DNA of 63,932 nucleotides, counting the filler. It is 7 parts of 7 records of this genome, joined end to end, with 100 filler letters (N's around TTAATTAATTAA, not from the genome) between each part and the next. Parts side by side here need not be neighbours in the genome. Positions count along the whole stretch, not along the records: positions 13,455 to 34,603 come from DRR723986_10923; 6 more parts are not named here. One strand, written 5' to 3'. Below the pieces are notes generated by a model. That model ran no database searches. It saw only the letters and a program-made list of their open reading frames with translations, and was not told where the DNA came from. Position 1 is the first letter of the stretch; every line of letters starts with the position of its first letter. Made by a program: the position numbers and the translations under genes. Positions 19,856-30,052 of the stretch are shown piece after piece.

Positions 19856-20333
19856 ATTCTAAACCTGTATACATTATTAAGGCCATGCTAAAGCTGTATA
19901 AACCAGTAAACAATAACATAAGCGGAAATGTAATTTTTTTATCTCCGTAGAATTTTGCGCAAACAATGGCGCCAATTGGTATACTTAAAAATAACGGAGC
20001 CAAAAGGGTAATACCATAAATGCCTAAGGTTCTTTTAATCCAAACCACCAGTTTATTTATGCGTGTAAAGTTTTTCTTTCTTTTCAAAGGGATACCCTTT
20101 GCTACTGCTTCTCGATAAACCTTAAGTCTTTTTGCCTTTGCACGTTTCATTAAATATCCCGAAAAGAAGTAGCATGTAGCCATAGTTGCCCAAGCTCCTG
20201 CCAAAACAGATATAAATATTTCGGTAACAATTTGAAAATTCACTGGATGGTTGACTCCAAAGAGCATCCATTGGGCAAACATGAACTTAAATGTTCCAAG
20301 TCCGAATCCAGATGCTATAATTCCCCAATTCAT
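19848..20333 (-). CDS. Hypothetical membrane protein
   Basis: Several hydrophobic segments; overlaps both neighbours in operon fashion. Confidence 0.75.
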   Translation of the reverse strand: MNWGIIASGFGLGTFKFMFAQWMLFGVNHPVNFQIVTEIFISVLAGAWATMATCYFFSGYLMKRAKAKRLKVYREAVAKGIPLKRKKNFTRINKLVVWIKRTLGIYGITLLAPLFLSIPIGAIVCAKFYGDKKITFPLMLLFTGLYSFSMALIMYTGLEYD

Positions 20334-20980
20334 TATTTGGTTCCGTAAGCTAAATCACCTGCATCACCTAATCCTGGGATGATGTATGATTTTTTGTTGA
20401 GTTCTGGATCTATTGCGGCTACCCAAATAGTAGAGTTTTGAGGCAATTCCTTTGTTAATCTGTCAATTGCAAATTGACTCGCAATTGCTGAAATAATGTG
20501 AAGTTTGGTGAAGCTTCCTTTTGCTTTTAAGGCCTCAATGGTCAATAACAGGGAGGTACCTGTTGCCAGCATAGGATCTACAATTACCAAAGTTTTATTT
20601 TCAATTGAGGGAGAGGCTAAGTATTCTACGATAACTTTAACTTCAGTATTCTCATCTGACTCTTCTCTGTAAGCTGAAATAAAGGCGTTTTCGGCTTTGT
20701 CAAAGTAATTTAAAACGCCATGATGCATGGATAAACCAGCTCTCAAAATAGAAGCAATAACAAGATCTTCTGAACAAATAATATCTTCAGATTTACCCAA
20801 TGGGGTTTGGGTAGTAATTTGTTGATAATTCAGTTCTTTACTCATTTCATAAGCCAAAATTTCAGAAATACGTTCCATGTTTTTTCTAAAACGCATACGG
20901 TCTTTTTGCACTTCAATATCTCTTATTTCAGAGATGAAATGATTAAGTACTGAGTTATTTTTGCCTATTTCATGTACCAT
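20333..20980 (-). CDS. upp: Uracil phosphoribosyltransferase
   Basis: ILRAG, PRPP loop VIVDPMLATG, YIIPGLGDAGD; start taken as MVHEIG (20980). Confidence 0.95.
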   Translation of the reverse strand: MVHEIGKNNSVLNHFISEIRDIEVQKDRMRFRKNMERISEILAYEMSKELNYQQITTQTPLGKSEDIICSEDLVIASILRAGLSMHHGVLNYFDKAENAFISAYREESDENTEVKVIVEYLASPSIENKTLVIVDPMLATGTSLLLTIEALKAKGSFTKLHIISAIASQFAIDRLTKELPQNSTIWVAAIDPELNKKSYIIPGLGDAGDLAYGTK

Positions 20981-20981
20981 T

Positions 20982-21686
20982 TTAACTATATAGTCCACCG
21001 TTTAAATTCAGGGTTTGACCTGTAAGGTAGGCGGCTTTATCCGAAATGATGTATTTCATCATCTCCGCTAATTGCTCTGGTTTGCCTAAAGAACTCACCG
21101 GAATTTTTTGGATTAAATCTTGTTGCATTTCATCCGGAACGTCATTGATCATCCCAGCATTAAAATAGCCTAATGCAATAGCGTTTACGGTTATGTTTTT
21201 ATTGGCCAATTCTTTTGACAAAGACTTGGTTAATCCTATCAAACCTGCTTTTGATGCGCCGTAAGCTGATGCACCTGCAAATCCAGTTTGAGCAACAATT
21301 GATGACATGAAAATAATTCTACCAAATTTATTGTCACGCATAAACGGCAGGGCATGTTTTGTCACTAAAAAAGGTCCGGTAAGATTAATGGCGATAGTGT
21401 CGTCCCAACTTTCTTTATTGGCTTTCCAGCTGATTTCACTTTTGGAGATACCGGCATTATTAATAACCACATCTATGCTTCCAAACTGTGCGACCACCTC
21501 TTTAATCATATTTTCAACTTCATGTTCCTTTCGGATATCGGCCTGAAAAAGTTCAGCAGAGGCAGGTATGTTATTAGGTTTGTTGGTGTAATAATGCAGG
21601 GCCAAATTAACATCTTCCTTGGCAAAAAATGATGTCAATTCAGTTCCTAAACCGCCTGAACTTCCTATGATTAAAATGGTTTTCAT
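20982..21686 (-). CDS. FabG-like short-chain dehydrogenase
   Basis: GSSGGLG, NNAG, YGASK, YLTGQ.LNLNGG. Confidence 0.9.
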   Translation of the reverse strand: MKTILIIGSSGGLGTELTSFFAKEDVNLALHYYTNKPNNIPASAELFQADIRKEHEVENMIKEVVAQFGSIDVVINNAGISKSEISWKANKESWDDTIAINLTGPFLVTKHALPFMRDNKFGRIIFMSSIVAQTGFAGASAYGASKAGLIGLTKSLSKELANKNITVNAIALGYFNAGMINDVPDEMQQDLIQKIPVSSLGKPEQLAEMMKYIISDKAAYLTGQTLNLNGGLYS

Positions 21687-21696
21687 TAATTGATTG

Positions 21697-22572
21697 CTAT
21701 TTTTTTATCTTCTTCAAGGCATTAAACCAGCCAGGAAGATTATTGATTGTGTAATTATAGTAGGTTCTATCGGTTGCACCAAATTTTTTGTAAAAATTAG
21801 CGACATTTTCAATGTCAGATCCTCCAAAATCAAAGACGTCAAAATCGGCTTTATATTTTTCGATTGCTGTTTGAATCAATAAATACATAGCGCCCTTTTT
21901 TTTAGATTCATCTGTTGCTGCACCTTTTAAATAGGTGATTCGTTTTTTATCTTTTAAAAAGCAGCCCGCCGCTATAGTATGATTTTGCTCAACAATTTGA
22001 ATGATTTCACACTGATCATTTGCAATAGCCGATTTCATCAAGTTGGATAAAAGACTTAAATCTTCTTCTTTTATCGATTCAATTTTGTTGAATGCCGTAG
22101 CTTTAAATAAGGCGATTAACGCTGTTGGATCATGAGAAATACTCGTCTCAAAGTTTTCAGTCCCTTTTTTAATTAGACGTTTTGCGTTTGTGCTTAATTT
22201 GTAATCTTCTTTGAGATAAATTAGCTGATGCTGTCTGTCTTCAGGAGATGAGGCTAGTTGATTTGATGAGTTTCTGAATTGAATTCCTTTAAATTTCTTC
22301 GATAGAAAACTGAGCGCCTCTTCCCAATTAAAAGCGTCACCTATTATGTCTAATTCTCTTGTAAAAGCCGGTTGATAAATTTGAGAGACACCAAGTTTCG
22401 AACTATATGGGACAGGAAGTATCGTTGTGAAATCGTCATCAACTAATCCGCCCCAGTTTTTCGCAGTAGCGTCCAGATACCACGAATAGCAGAAGATGTT
22501 CTCTATTGTCGAAGCGGCAACTAATTGATCCCATTTTTTGGTGTCGATATGTTTTCGTTCAATGAACTTCAT
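21697..22572 (-). CDS. GNAT/FemAB-like acyltransferase
   Basis: KWDQLV..SWYLD N-terminus; FDFGGS..VANFYKKFGA C-terminus. Confidence 0.75.
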   Translation of the reverse strand: MKFIERKHIDTKKWDQLVAASTIENIFCYSWYLDATAKNWGGLVDDDFTTILPVPYSSKLGVSQIYQPAFTRELDIIGDAFNWEEALSFLSKKFKGIQFRNSSNQLASSPEDRQHQLIYLKEDYKLSTNAKRLIKKGTENFETSISHDPTALIALFKATAFNKIESIKEEDLSLLSNLMKSAIANDQCEIIQIVEQNHTIAAGCFLKDKKRITYLKGAATDESKKKGAMYLLIQTAIEKYKADFDVFDFGGSDIENVANFYKKFGATDRTYYNYTINNLPGWFNALKKIKK

Positions 22573-23558
22573 GGCTCTTGAATTGCTGCAAAGGTGGTAA
22601 ACTGATGTTTGGCTTGATGTTTCTTAATGAACTTTTCAAGTCGCGCCAACGCAAACTTCGTACATGCTTTTGGGTGTCCAATAATCACCGTTTCGTTAAA
22701 TCCCTTATTTTGATTTTTTCTCAGAACGGAATCCAATTTGGTAACAAAATAACCGTCAACCGAAGCGCTTAGATTCATGCCTTTGGTTAGCATTTTTTTT
22801 CTCAATCCAGGTGAAGACATGGGGTATCCGTCTCCTATTGGTTTATGGAATGCTGGTTTAATTCTTCCTAATGCAAAAAGTCTCCAGAAAAATAATGGAC
22901 CATAAAACTGATTTGATATGGGGTATTCCATGAATGGCCCTGCAGGATCTTCTTTGATGAGGTCATTTGAAAATCGCCATTTAGATTTATTTGGTGACCC
23001 TGTAAAATCGTAATAGTAATTCCCAGCCGTAAATTTGCCATTCGGAAAAACGGTTGAATCAATTTTGATTCCACACTTCTCAAAAACGGAAGCTACTCTG
23101 TCAAAAGGTTGAAGGCACCATCCGCCAGCTCGATAACTACTTATTGGTTTGCCGGTGTAAGCGTGAAGAACATCTTTATATTCAATTACTATTCTCTCAA
23201 TTTCTTTATCAGAAAAATCGTCTAGTTTATAACGATCCGTCTTCATGACCCATTTTTGACCGTCATGAATTGAGTCTTCCCAATGGGGATGAATGTGTAA
23301 CTGACAGTCATGTCCTTCTTCAACCAGATTTTTTATTTGCTGAGCAATCAGTTGATATTCTTGCTCTACTTTGGGGAATTCATTTCTGAATTGATTCAAT
23401 TTTTTGAGGTATCCGGCATCAATAAAGAAAACCATTTTTATCCTAGTTCGATTAGCGATCCCCCGCAATAAATCAGTAGGTTCGATTATGCATTTTTCTA
23501 CACTTCCGGTGGGTTCACCAAAAAACAGTTCGTAATCGTAGGTTAAAAAAAGTTGCAT
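22569..23558 (-). CDS. Polysaccharide deacetylase-like protein
   Basis: LTYDYE, QLHIHPHW, YRAGGW, IDST and GHPK CE4-like motifs. Confidence 0.75.
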   Translation of the reverse strand: MQLFLTYDYELFFGEPTGSVEKCIIEPTDLLRGIANRTRIKMVFFIDAGYLKKLNQFRNEFPKVEQEYQLIAQQIKNLVEEGHDCQLHIHPHWEDSIHDGQKWVMKTDRYKLDDFSDKEIERIVIEYKDVLHAYTGKPISSYRAGGWCLQPFDRVASVFEKCGIKIDSTVFPNGKFTAGNYYYDFTGSPNKSKWRFSNDLIKEDPAGPFMEYPISNQFYGPLFFWRLFALGRIKPAFHKPIGDGYPMSSPGLRKKMLTKGMNLSASVDGYFVTKLDSVLRKNQNKGFNETVIIGHPKACTKFALARLEKFIKKHQAKHQFTTFAAIQEP

Positions 23559-24125
23559 TTACTGTGGTTGCTCTTCAAGTTCTTTCATGAACTTTTCTGC
23601 GAGCTCTTCAATGCTTAACGAAATATTTGCGATTCTATTTTCAGCATCATCTACCATTTCAGAATTTGGAAAGCGATCCATGAATTCATGATAAGCTTGT
23701 TTAGCCCTAGTTGTGTCTCTTAAATTGAGGTCAATGTGGCTGGCTTTAACATACATGACATCTTCCATTCTGTTATAATCAGGATAGTTCGCTATGATTT
23801 TATCCAAAATTTTAACGCTTCTTTCAACTTCGTTCAGTGCCATTGCAAAATCTGAAGCTTTCAATAAATAATCAGGTGACAGAGAATCTTCAGGAAAAAA
23901 ACCTGCGAAATCTTGAAATTTTGTTACAGCTTCTGAAAGAAGCTCTTTAGAAGGAGGTGATTGCGCTAGAATTTCTGATTCTAAGTCTTGAACAGTTTTA
24001 AGTAAGCTATCGCGATCTATTGTTGCAGCACCAGCTTGCTTTTCGTTGTACTCAACTTCTTCTTCTCCTCCGCATGATGTGATTAATAAACTTAATCCCA
24101 AGAAAATATAGGCTATCTTTTTCAT
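23559..24125 (-). CDS. TPR-repeat lipoprotein
   Basis: Lipobox LITSC; TPR-like helices with FPED, YPDY and FPNS turns. Confidence 0.75.
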   Translation of the reverse strand: MKKIAYIFLGLSLLITSCGGEEEVEYNEKQAGAATIDRDSLLKTVQDLESEILAQSPPSKELLSEAVTKFQDFAGFFPEDSLSPDYLLKASDFAMALNEVERSVKILDKIIANYPDYNRMEDVMYVKASHIDLNLRDTTRAKQAYHEFMDRFPNSEMVDDAENRIANISLSIEELAEKFMKELEEQPQ

Positions 24126-24721
24126 TATCGTCTTCCTTTTTTGATTGGAAATTTCATTCTGTATTTTACATCAGTATCTCCTTTTGAGATATTTGTCAAC
24201 TTCTTTTTCAGCAACCTCTTTTTAAGTGGACTCAGATGGTCAGTGAATAAAATACCATCTACATGATCGTATTCGTGTTGAATGATCCTAGCAGCATACC
24301 CCTCATATTCTTCTTCATGAAACTCCCAGTTCTCATCATAGTATGAGATTTTAATTTTTGGTTTTCTCATGACTTCTTCACGAATGTTTGGAATGCTTAA
24401 ACATCCTTCATTAAAAGCCCACTCTTCACCTTCTTCGTCTTCAATAATTGGATTAATGAATACCTTTTTAAAGTTTTCCAATCCAGCCGCCATAGGGTCA
24501 GGTTCTTCACCTTCTTCTACCTCGGCAAAAGGAGAGGCGTCCACAATAAATATTCGAATCGATTTATCAATTTGTGGTGCAGCTAATCCAACCCCGTTCG
24601 CTTCATACATGGTTTCAAACATGTTTGCAATGAGCTTGTCGAGATCTTTATAATTTTCGTCAATTTCTTCAGCTTCTTTTTTTAAAATGGGAGAGCCGTA
24701 TGCCACTATTGGTAAAATCAT
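24125..24721 (-). CDS. def: Peptide deformylase
   Basis: GVGLAAPQ, EGCLS, HEYDH. Confidence 0.98.
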   Translation of the reverse strand: MILPIVAYGSPILKKEAEEIDENYKDLDKLIANMFETMYEANGVGLAAPQIDKSIRIFIVDASPFAEVEEGEEPDPMAAGLENFKKVFINPIIEDEEGEEWAFNEGCLSIPNIREEVMRKPKIKISYYDENWEFHEEEYEGYAARIIQHEYDHVDGILFTDHLSPLKKRLLKKKLTNISKGDTDVKYRMKFPIKKGRR

Positions 24722-24739
24722 TCCTAAAATTTCTTTTTA

Positions 24740-24747
24740 CAAAAATA
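24740..24747 (-). promoter_or_regulatory. Bacteroidota -7 element (TATTTTTG) for def
   Basis: TAnnTTTG match just upstream of the start codon. Confidence 0.55.
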
Positions 24748-24879
24748 ATCGAAATATTAGAAAACATGGTAAGGTAGCTCGTTCCATTTTTTGAGATTTT
24801 ACATCAGTCAAAGCCAGATTCAAAGAAGGAAAATAAAAATTACGGTGATTTACGTAGACGATTGATTTTATCCATCATA

Positions 24880-24887
24880 TATGTTTG
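24880..24887 (+). promoter_or_regulatory. Bacteroidota -7 element (TATGTTTG) for the lipoprotein gene
   Basis: TAnnTTTG match followed by an A-rich leader and ATG 24904. Confidence 0.55.
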
Positions 24888-24903
24888 TAACAAAAAAACA
24901 GAT

Positions 24904-25701
24904 ATGAATATTACAAGAATAACTCAAGTCACCTTAACGCTTTGTTTAATCCTTAGTCTTGCCTCATGCAAGAAAAAAGGATGTACTGATCCTTTGGCGA
25001 ATAACTACAGTCAAATTGCCACTGAAGATGATGGGTCATGTCAATATGATCAAAATACTGCTGCTCAGCCAGCTGCGTATACGCCGAGTTTTGCTTCAGA
25101 CATGGCTGCTTTGGTTGCAATAAAAACAGTAACAACCACCACTCAATCTGGATTTACAATTGATTCTGAAGTAGGTACAGGTGTTGCAGTTTTCACTGAG
25201 AATGCAGGAGTAAATTATTTGGAGGCTGGAACAGTTAGCTTGAATTCTAATACTTTAACTAAAAACGATAACAATTCTTACACGTTCATTCCTTCTCAAT
25301 CAGCTCCAACAGGTATCACTTTTGGGACAGATGTTGATTGGAATGCAACTGGTGGTGCTTGGCCTTCATTTACAGCCAGTTCGTCTGTTGGATTTTCAAC
25401 TGTAAGTGATATTTCATCAGGAGATGTTTCTTTAAGTTCAGATTACACCTTGAATTGTTCTTCGATCGCAAATGCCGATTCGGTTTACTTCGGTATCTAT
25501 GGTCCTGATAATAGTGAGTATGTCATTGTAGCTGGTGGAACAACTTCTTATACCTTCACAGCTTCTCAGATTTCTGCCCTTGGTGCTGGGCAAGGTTTTG
25601 TTCAGATTGTTGGATTAAAATATGACCCTCAAACCGTGGGGTCGAAAGATTATTGGTTGATCAACGAAACAGTTAGGACAAAATCAGTGACTATAGAATA
25701 A
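24904..25701 (+). CDS. Hypothetical surface lipoprotein with a GCTD..A.NY...A..DDGSC motif
   Basis: Lipobox LASC-KKK; Cys motif; Ser/Thr-rich beta-type body. Confidence 0.8.
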   Translation: MNITRITQVTLTLCLILSLASCKKKGCTDPLANNYSQIATEDDGSCQYDQNTAAQPAAYTPSFASDMAALVAIKTVTTTTQSGFTIDSEVGTGVAVFTENAGVNYLEAGTVSLNSNTLTKNDNNSYTFIPSQSAPTGITFGTDVDWNATGGAWPSFTASSSVGFSTVSDISSGDVSLSSDYTLNCSSIANADSVYFGIYGPDNSEYVIVAGGTTSYTFTASQISALGAGQGFVQIVGLKYDPQTVGSKDYWLINETVRTKSVTIE

Positions 25702-25716
25702 TGGTTTAGTAGCGGT

Positions 25717-25755
25717 AAAAGGCCTGACTTATTTGTAACGAGTTGGGTCTTTTTT
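25717..25755 (+). terminator. Probable intrinsic terminator
   Basis: GGCCTGACT/AGTTGGGTC stem (G:U pairs) plus T-run, between convergent genes. Confidence 0.55.
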
Positions 25756-26497
25756 ATTTAATGAAATCGTATTCAATTTTGGCCAAGAAAAGCCCCCTTG
25801 CTGGAACAGAAGCTCCTGCCTCTGATCTGTTTTTGGAGTCTAAAATATGCTGAAAATCATCAATTGATAATTTTCCTTCGCCGATATCAATCATGGTTCC
25901 GACAATGGCGCGAACCATATTTCTTAAAAAACGGTTAGCTGTAATTGTGAAAATGTATCCTTTGTCAGACTTAACCCATCCTGCATTCGTAATGTCACAA
26001 AGAAAAGTATTGGTTTCTGTTTTTACTTTGCTAAAGCATTCAAAATCTTCATGTTTTAAGAGTAAGGCACAGGCCTTATTCATTTCCTTTAAATCAAGGT
26101 TGCCGGATCTCAACCAAGAAATTTCATTAACAAAAGGGTCTTTTTGTTGATGGATAAAATAATGATAGGTGCGTTTTGTTGCATCAAAACGCGCATGCTG
26201 TTCATCCTTGACATCAATAATATCTTGAATGACAATGTCGGCATCCAGCATGTTATTCAGTTTAAATTTTATGTCTTCATGAGCTAACGAAAAATTGAAA
26301 TCGCCATGGGCAAAGTATTCGCTGGCATGAACACCGGTGTCTGTTCGTCCACATCCAACAATTTTCATTTCATGATTGTGATTGATTTTTGTCAAGGCAT
26401 TTTCAATTTCACCCTGAATTGATCGGTGATTGGGTTGCACCTGCCAACCGAAAAAATTTGTTCCTTTGTAAGCCAACTTTATAAACACACGACCCAT
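25754..26497 (-). CDS. truA: tRNA pseudouridine(38-40) synthase TruA
   Basis: Y.G..F.GWQ.Q, GRTDTGVHA, FLRNMVR.IVG, GLFL. Confidence 0.97.
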   Translation of the reverse strand: MGRVFIKLAYKGTNFFGWQVQPNHRSIQGEIENALTKINHNHEMKIVGCGRTDTGVHASEYFAHGDFNFSLAHEDIKFKLNNMLDADIVIQDIIDVKDEQHARFDATKRTYHYFIHQQKDPFVNEISWLRSGNLDLKEMNKACALLLKHEDFECFSKVKTETNTFLCDITNAGWVKSDKGYIFTITANRFLRNMVRAIVGTMIDIGEGKLSIDDFQHILDSKNRSEAGASVPARGLFLAKIEYDFIK

Positions 26498-26525
26498 ATA
26501 GCAAAGCTATAAATTCTTAAGAATA

Positions 26526-27065
26526 ATGCGCAAAATCGGTTTGATGTCAGATACACATGGGTATGTTGACCCCAAAATCTTTGATTATTTCAAAGACGTT
26601 GATGAGATATGGCATGGAGGAGACGTAGGTGACGTTCAGGTTATTGAACAACTTGAAGCCTTTAAACCGGTTCGTGGGGTTTACGGAAACATAGATGGCC
26701 ATGAAGTAAGAGCCGCTTGGCCCAAATACCAACGATTTATGTGTGAAGGCATGGAAGTGTTGATGACCCACGTAGGAGGTAAGCCTTATAAATATTCAAA
26801 AGATGCTTTTCCGGAATTTGAAAAGAAAACACCAAACATTTTTGTGTGTGGCCACTCACATATATTGTTGGTACAATTCGATAAAAAAATCCAGAGTTTA
26901 TGGTTGAATCCAGGAGCTTGCGGATATAAAGGATTTCATAAGATTAAAACCTTATTGCGATTCGAAATTGACGGAAAAGAAGTGAAAAATATGGAGGCCA
27001 TTGAATTGGGCCCAAGGGTTAAGCCTGAGCAAATAATTCCAGATAATTTATTTGACAAGAAATAA
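26526..27065 (+). CDS. YfcE-family metallophosphoesterase
   Basis: SDTH, GD, GNID, GHSH and NPG motifs. Confidence 0.9.
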   Translation: MRKIGLMSDTHGYVDPKIFDYFKDVDEIWHGGDVGDVQVIEQLEAFKPVRGVYGNIDGHEVRAAWPKYQRFMCEGMEVLMTHVGGKPYKYSKDAFPEFEKKTPNIFVCGHSHILLVQFDKKIQSLWLNPGACGYKGFHKIKTLLRFEIDGKEVKNMEAIELGPRVKPEQIIPDNLFDKK

Positions 27066-27095
27066 AGCTAAATTTATACCGTTATTGTTCAGGAG

Positions 27096-28163
27096 ATGAA
27101 AAAAATCGGATTCATTTTAATTACATTGATTTCTTTGCAGGCATCAGCTCAGCAAGGCGGTTTGCACGCATATCAATTTCTTGATTTGGATTTTAATGCG
27201 AGAGCAATGGCTTTAGGTGGTGATTTCAATGTTGTGAAAGACAATGATATTGACTTGGCTGTTTCAAATCCGGCTTTGATTTCTTCGCAGATGGATAAAA
27301 ACCTTTCTCTGAATCATTTTTTCTATCCTTCAGGAATCAACTATGGCCAGTTGGCCTTTGGTAAAAATTTTGAGAATCTTGGAACTTTTGTGGGACACTT
27401 GAGATATGTATCCTACGGGAAATTTACACGGATGAATGAATTGGGAATTGAAGAAGGTTCGTTTACTGCTGGTGATTACGCTTTAGGGGTAGGTTACGGT
27501 AAAGATTTGAATAAATATTTTTCAATTGGCGCTAATTTCAATGTGATATTCTCACACTACGAAACCTATTCTTCATTTGGACTTGGTGCAGACATTGCAA
27601 CAACTTTTTATGATGAAAAAAGTAATGTAACGGCAACATTGGTTGCTAGAAATATTGGCTATCAAATTAAAGGTTTTACAAAAAGTAATCACGAACCAAT
27701 GCCAATTGAGGTGCTGGCAGGTGTATCTTATAAGTTTCATCATGCCCCATTCAGATTAAGTGTAATGGGAACAGATTTAACGAATTGGGACCTTACCTAT
27801 AACGATCCTTCTCTGCAACCAACAATTGATCAGTTAACCGGAGATACTATTCCTGTGCCAAAGGCAAATTTTGCACAGAAATTGGCGTATCACACCAATT
27901 TTGCCGTTGAAATCTTGCCAACAGACAACTTCTTTATTCGAATTGGGTTCAATTATCAAAGGCGAAACGGATTAGGTGTAGAGAATAGAAAGGGTGCTGG
28001 AGGTTTATCTTTCGGATTGGGTCTGAAAGTAAAGAAGTTTGGATTTAACTATGGTATTTCTTTTTACTCTGCAGCCGGTATTTCAAATGCATTTGGTATC
28101 AATTACAACTTATCTGAAACTAAGAAAAAGAGGACATCTAAAACTGCGCCTCCACCAGAATAG
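27096..28163 (+). CDS. porQ: Type IX secretion system outer-membrane protein PorQ
   Basis: YQFL..NAR..ALGG and NPALI motifs; alternating beta-barrel strands; HAPFR. Confidence 0.8.
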   Translation: MKKIGFILITLISLQASAQQGGLHAYQFLDLDFNARAMALGGDFNVVKDNDIDLAVSNPALISSQMDKNLSLNHFFYPSGINYGQLAFGKNFENLGTFVGHLRYVSYGKFTRMNELGIEEGSFTAGDYALGVGYGKDLNKYFSIGANFNVIFSHYETYSSFGLGADIATTFYDEKSNVTATLVARNIGYQIKGFTKSNHEPMPIEVLAGVSYKFHHAPFRLSVMGTDLTNWDLTYNDPSLQPTIDQLTGDTIPVPKANFAQKLAYHTNFAVEILPTDNFFIRIGFNYQRRNGLGVENRKGAGGLSFGLGLKVKKFGFNYGISFYSAAGISNAFGINYNLSETKKKRTSKTAPPPE

Positions 28164-28220
28164 CGTAACCTATTTTATTTTGCTCGTATAAAAGGTATAA
28201 TACTTGTTCTTATCCCTTTA

Positions 28221-29093
28221 ATGAAACGATTTTTCTTTATCATATTTTGTTTGCTACTAAGTAGTTCTTTTGCGCAAAGACACAGTTTAGAAGGTGTTTG
28301 GCAAGGAATGATTACTACCTATTTAGAAAAGCCTGAGCAAGGAAAAGCGATCTGGATGGAATTTGATATTGACGAAAGTTCTGGAAAGTTCAAAGGGACG
28401 AGCAGGTACGAGCAGCCTTATAAAGAGTATTACGCCTACAAACGAATAAACGGTGAGGTGACTAGCGATAGCTCAATTCAATTCAACGACATAAATATTC
28501 GAAAAAAACAAGGTCATAGTCATTTGATCTGGTGCTTGAATGAAGGTACTTTGGTGTATAATAAAGTGACAGGCTATTTGGAAGGTACGTGGAAGTCGAA
28601 AGATTGTAAAAGCCCAGGAGGTAAAATAATTATGTATCGTTCGCGGTATGAAATGAGTAGGACAGATACAAATAGTTTGTATCATTCATGGTACGATAAT
28701 TTTGTTGGAGATCTTTCAAGAGGGTGGAAGGCATATTATATGCGTGATGCAGAAATGCGAGATTTTGAATTCGTTCCAGTTTACTTTGATCATGACATGG
28801 ATATTTTAAAACCTGATTTTGAACCTTATCTGAATCAAATGGTGAAGATCGTGAATTCGCATTCCGATTTAAGAATTAAAATTATTGGGCATACCGATTC
28901 AAACGGAACGGATGCTTACAACATTGATTTATCAGAGAGACGGGCTTTTAGGATTCGAGACTATTTGGTGTCACAAGGTTTAAGGTTAGATAGAATTGTA
29001 ATTGAATATCGCGGAGAAAGAGATCCTGCGACCTCTAATTCAACCAAAAAAGGAAAAAGCTTGAATAGAAGAGTGGACTTTGAATTTATTTAA
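28221..29093 (+). CDS. OmpA-family domain protein
   Basis: Signal peptide; C-terminal VYFD, GHTDS.G...YN..LSERRA, NRRVDF. Confidence 0.9.
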   Translation: MKRFFFIIFCLLLSSSFAQRHSLEGVWQGMITTYLEKPEQGKAIWMEFDIDESSGKFKGTSRYEQPYKEYYAYKRINGEVTSDSSIQFNDINIRKKQGHSHLIWCLNEGTLVYNKVTGYLEGTWKSKDCKSPGGKIIMYRSRYEMSRTDTNSLYHSWYDNFVGDLSRGWKAYYMRDAEMRDFEFVPVYFDHDMDILKPDFEPYLNQMVKIVNSHSDLRIKIIGHTDSNGTDAYNIDLSERRAFRIRDYLVSQGLRLDRIVIEYRGERDPATSNSTKKGKSLNRRVDFEFI

Positions 29094-30051
29094 GCACTTT
29101 CAACAAGGTTTCGGCTTTTCGCTCTGTTTCTTGCCATTCTTTTTCGCAATCTGATTTTTGAGTTAATCCACCACCAAGAAATAAATGGGCTTTGTTGTTA
29201 AGTAATTCCAAACACCTCAAATTTACAAAAGCTTTGGGTTGATGAATATTCAGTAGAATAAACCCAGTGTATAATTTTCGGTCGTGATTTTCAGTTGATA
29301 AAATTAGCTCTTTGGCTTTTGTGGTTGGAATGCCACAAGTTGCAGGTGTTGGATGTAAGGCTTGCAGAGTTTGCGTGAAAGAAGCTCTGTTGGTATAGTC
29401 GGCTGTAATAGTAGTTTTTAAGTGCTTAACAATTCCGTTGTTGCAATCAACTGGGCCGTTGACCTCATTAGTTTGGAAACCATTTTCAATTAAGGTGTTT
29501 ACAATATAATCTGTGACATATTGCTGCTCCTCAAACTCCTTGTCTGACCAAGGCTCGTTCTGTAACACGGTGCCTGCTAAACTCACTGTGTTTACTTTTA
29601 GCCCATCTGATTCTAATAATAATTCTGGTGTTGCACCTAGCCAGCATCCTACAGCAGGGGAGGATAATAGATAGTTAAAGGTGCTTGCATAATTTTGATT
29701 CAAATCGTTGAAAATAGCTTCTGGATTTTTAGAACAATCAACTTCTTTTATCTTAGAAAGAACAACCTTTTGGAGGTCATTTTTTAGAAGTGACTTATGT
29801 AATGATTCAAATGATTTAACGTATTCAGATTTGCTCGTATGACGGTTGTTAGATTCATTGAATGTTATCTCAAAATCTTCTAGACCAATTTCAACCAGTT
29901 GCTCCATTACAAGGATTTTATCCCCTGAGAAATTGCAAATAACAATACTGTTGTCTGTAATATTGGCCAGATTGTTAACGAGCCTCAATTCACCCGAATA
30001 ACTCTTATAATTAACTTCATTAGGAAGTCGGTATGCGAAATATGCTTTGAT
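29086..30051 (-). CDS. menF: Isochorismate synthase (chorismate-binding); start probably upstream of the TTG at 29988
   Basis: KVVLS, GATPE.L, LAGT, EQ..V, LHPTPATCG, NLRC, GGG..S..E..E; adjacent to a menI-like gene. Confidence 0.85.
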   Translation of the reverse strand: MKAYFAYRLPNEVNYKSYSGELRLVNNLANITDNSIVICNFSGDKILVMEQLVEIGLEDFEITFNESNNRHTSKSEYVKSFESLHKSLLKNDLQKVVLSKIKEVDCSKNPEAIFNDLNQNYASTFNYLLSSPAVGCWLGATPELLLESDGLKVNTVSLAGTVLQNEPWSDKEFEEQQYVTDYIVNTLIENGFQTNEVNGPVDCNNGIVKHLKTTITADYTNRASFTQTLQALHPTPATCGIPTTKAKELILSTENHDRKLYTGFILLNIHQPKAFVNLRCLELLNNKAHLFLGGGLTQKSDCEKEWQETERKAETLLKVLK

Positions 30052-30052
30052 A

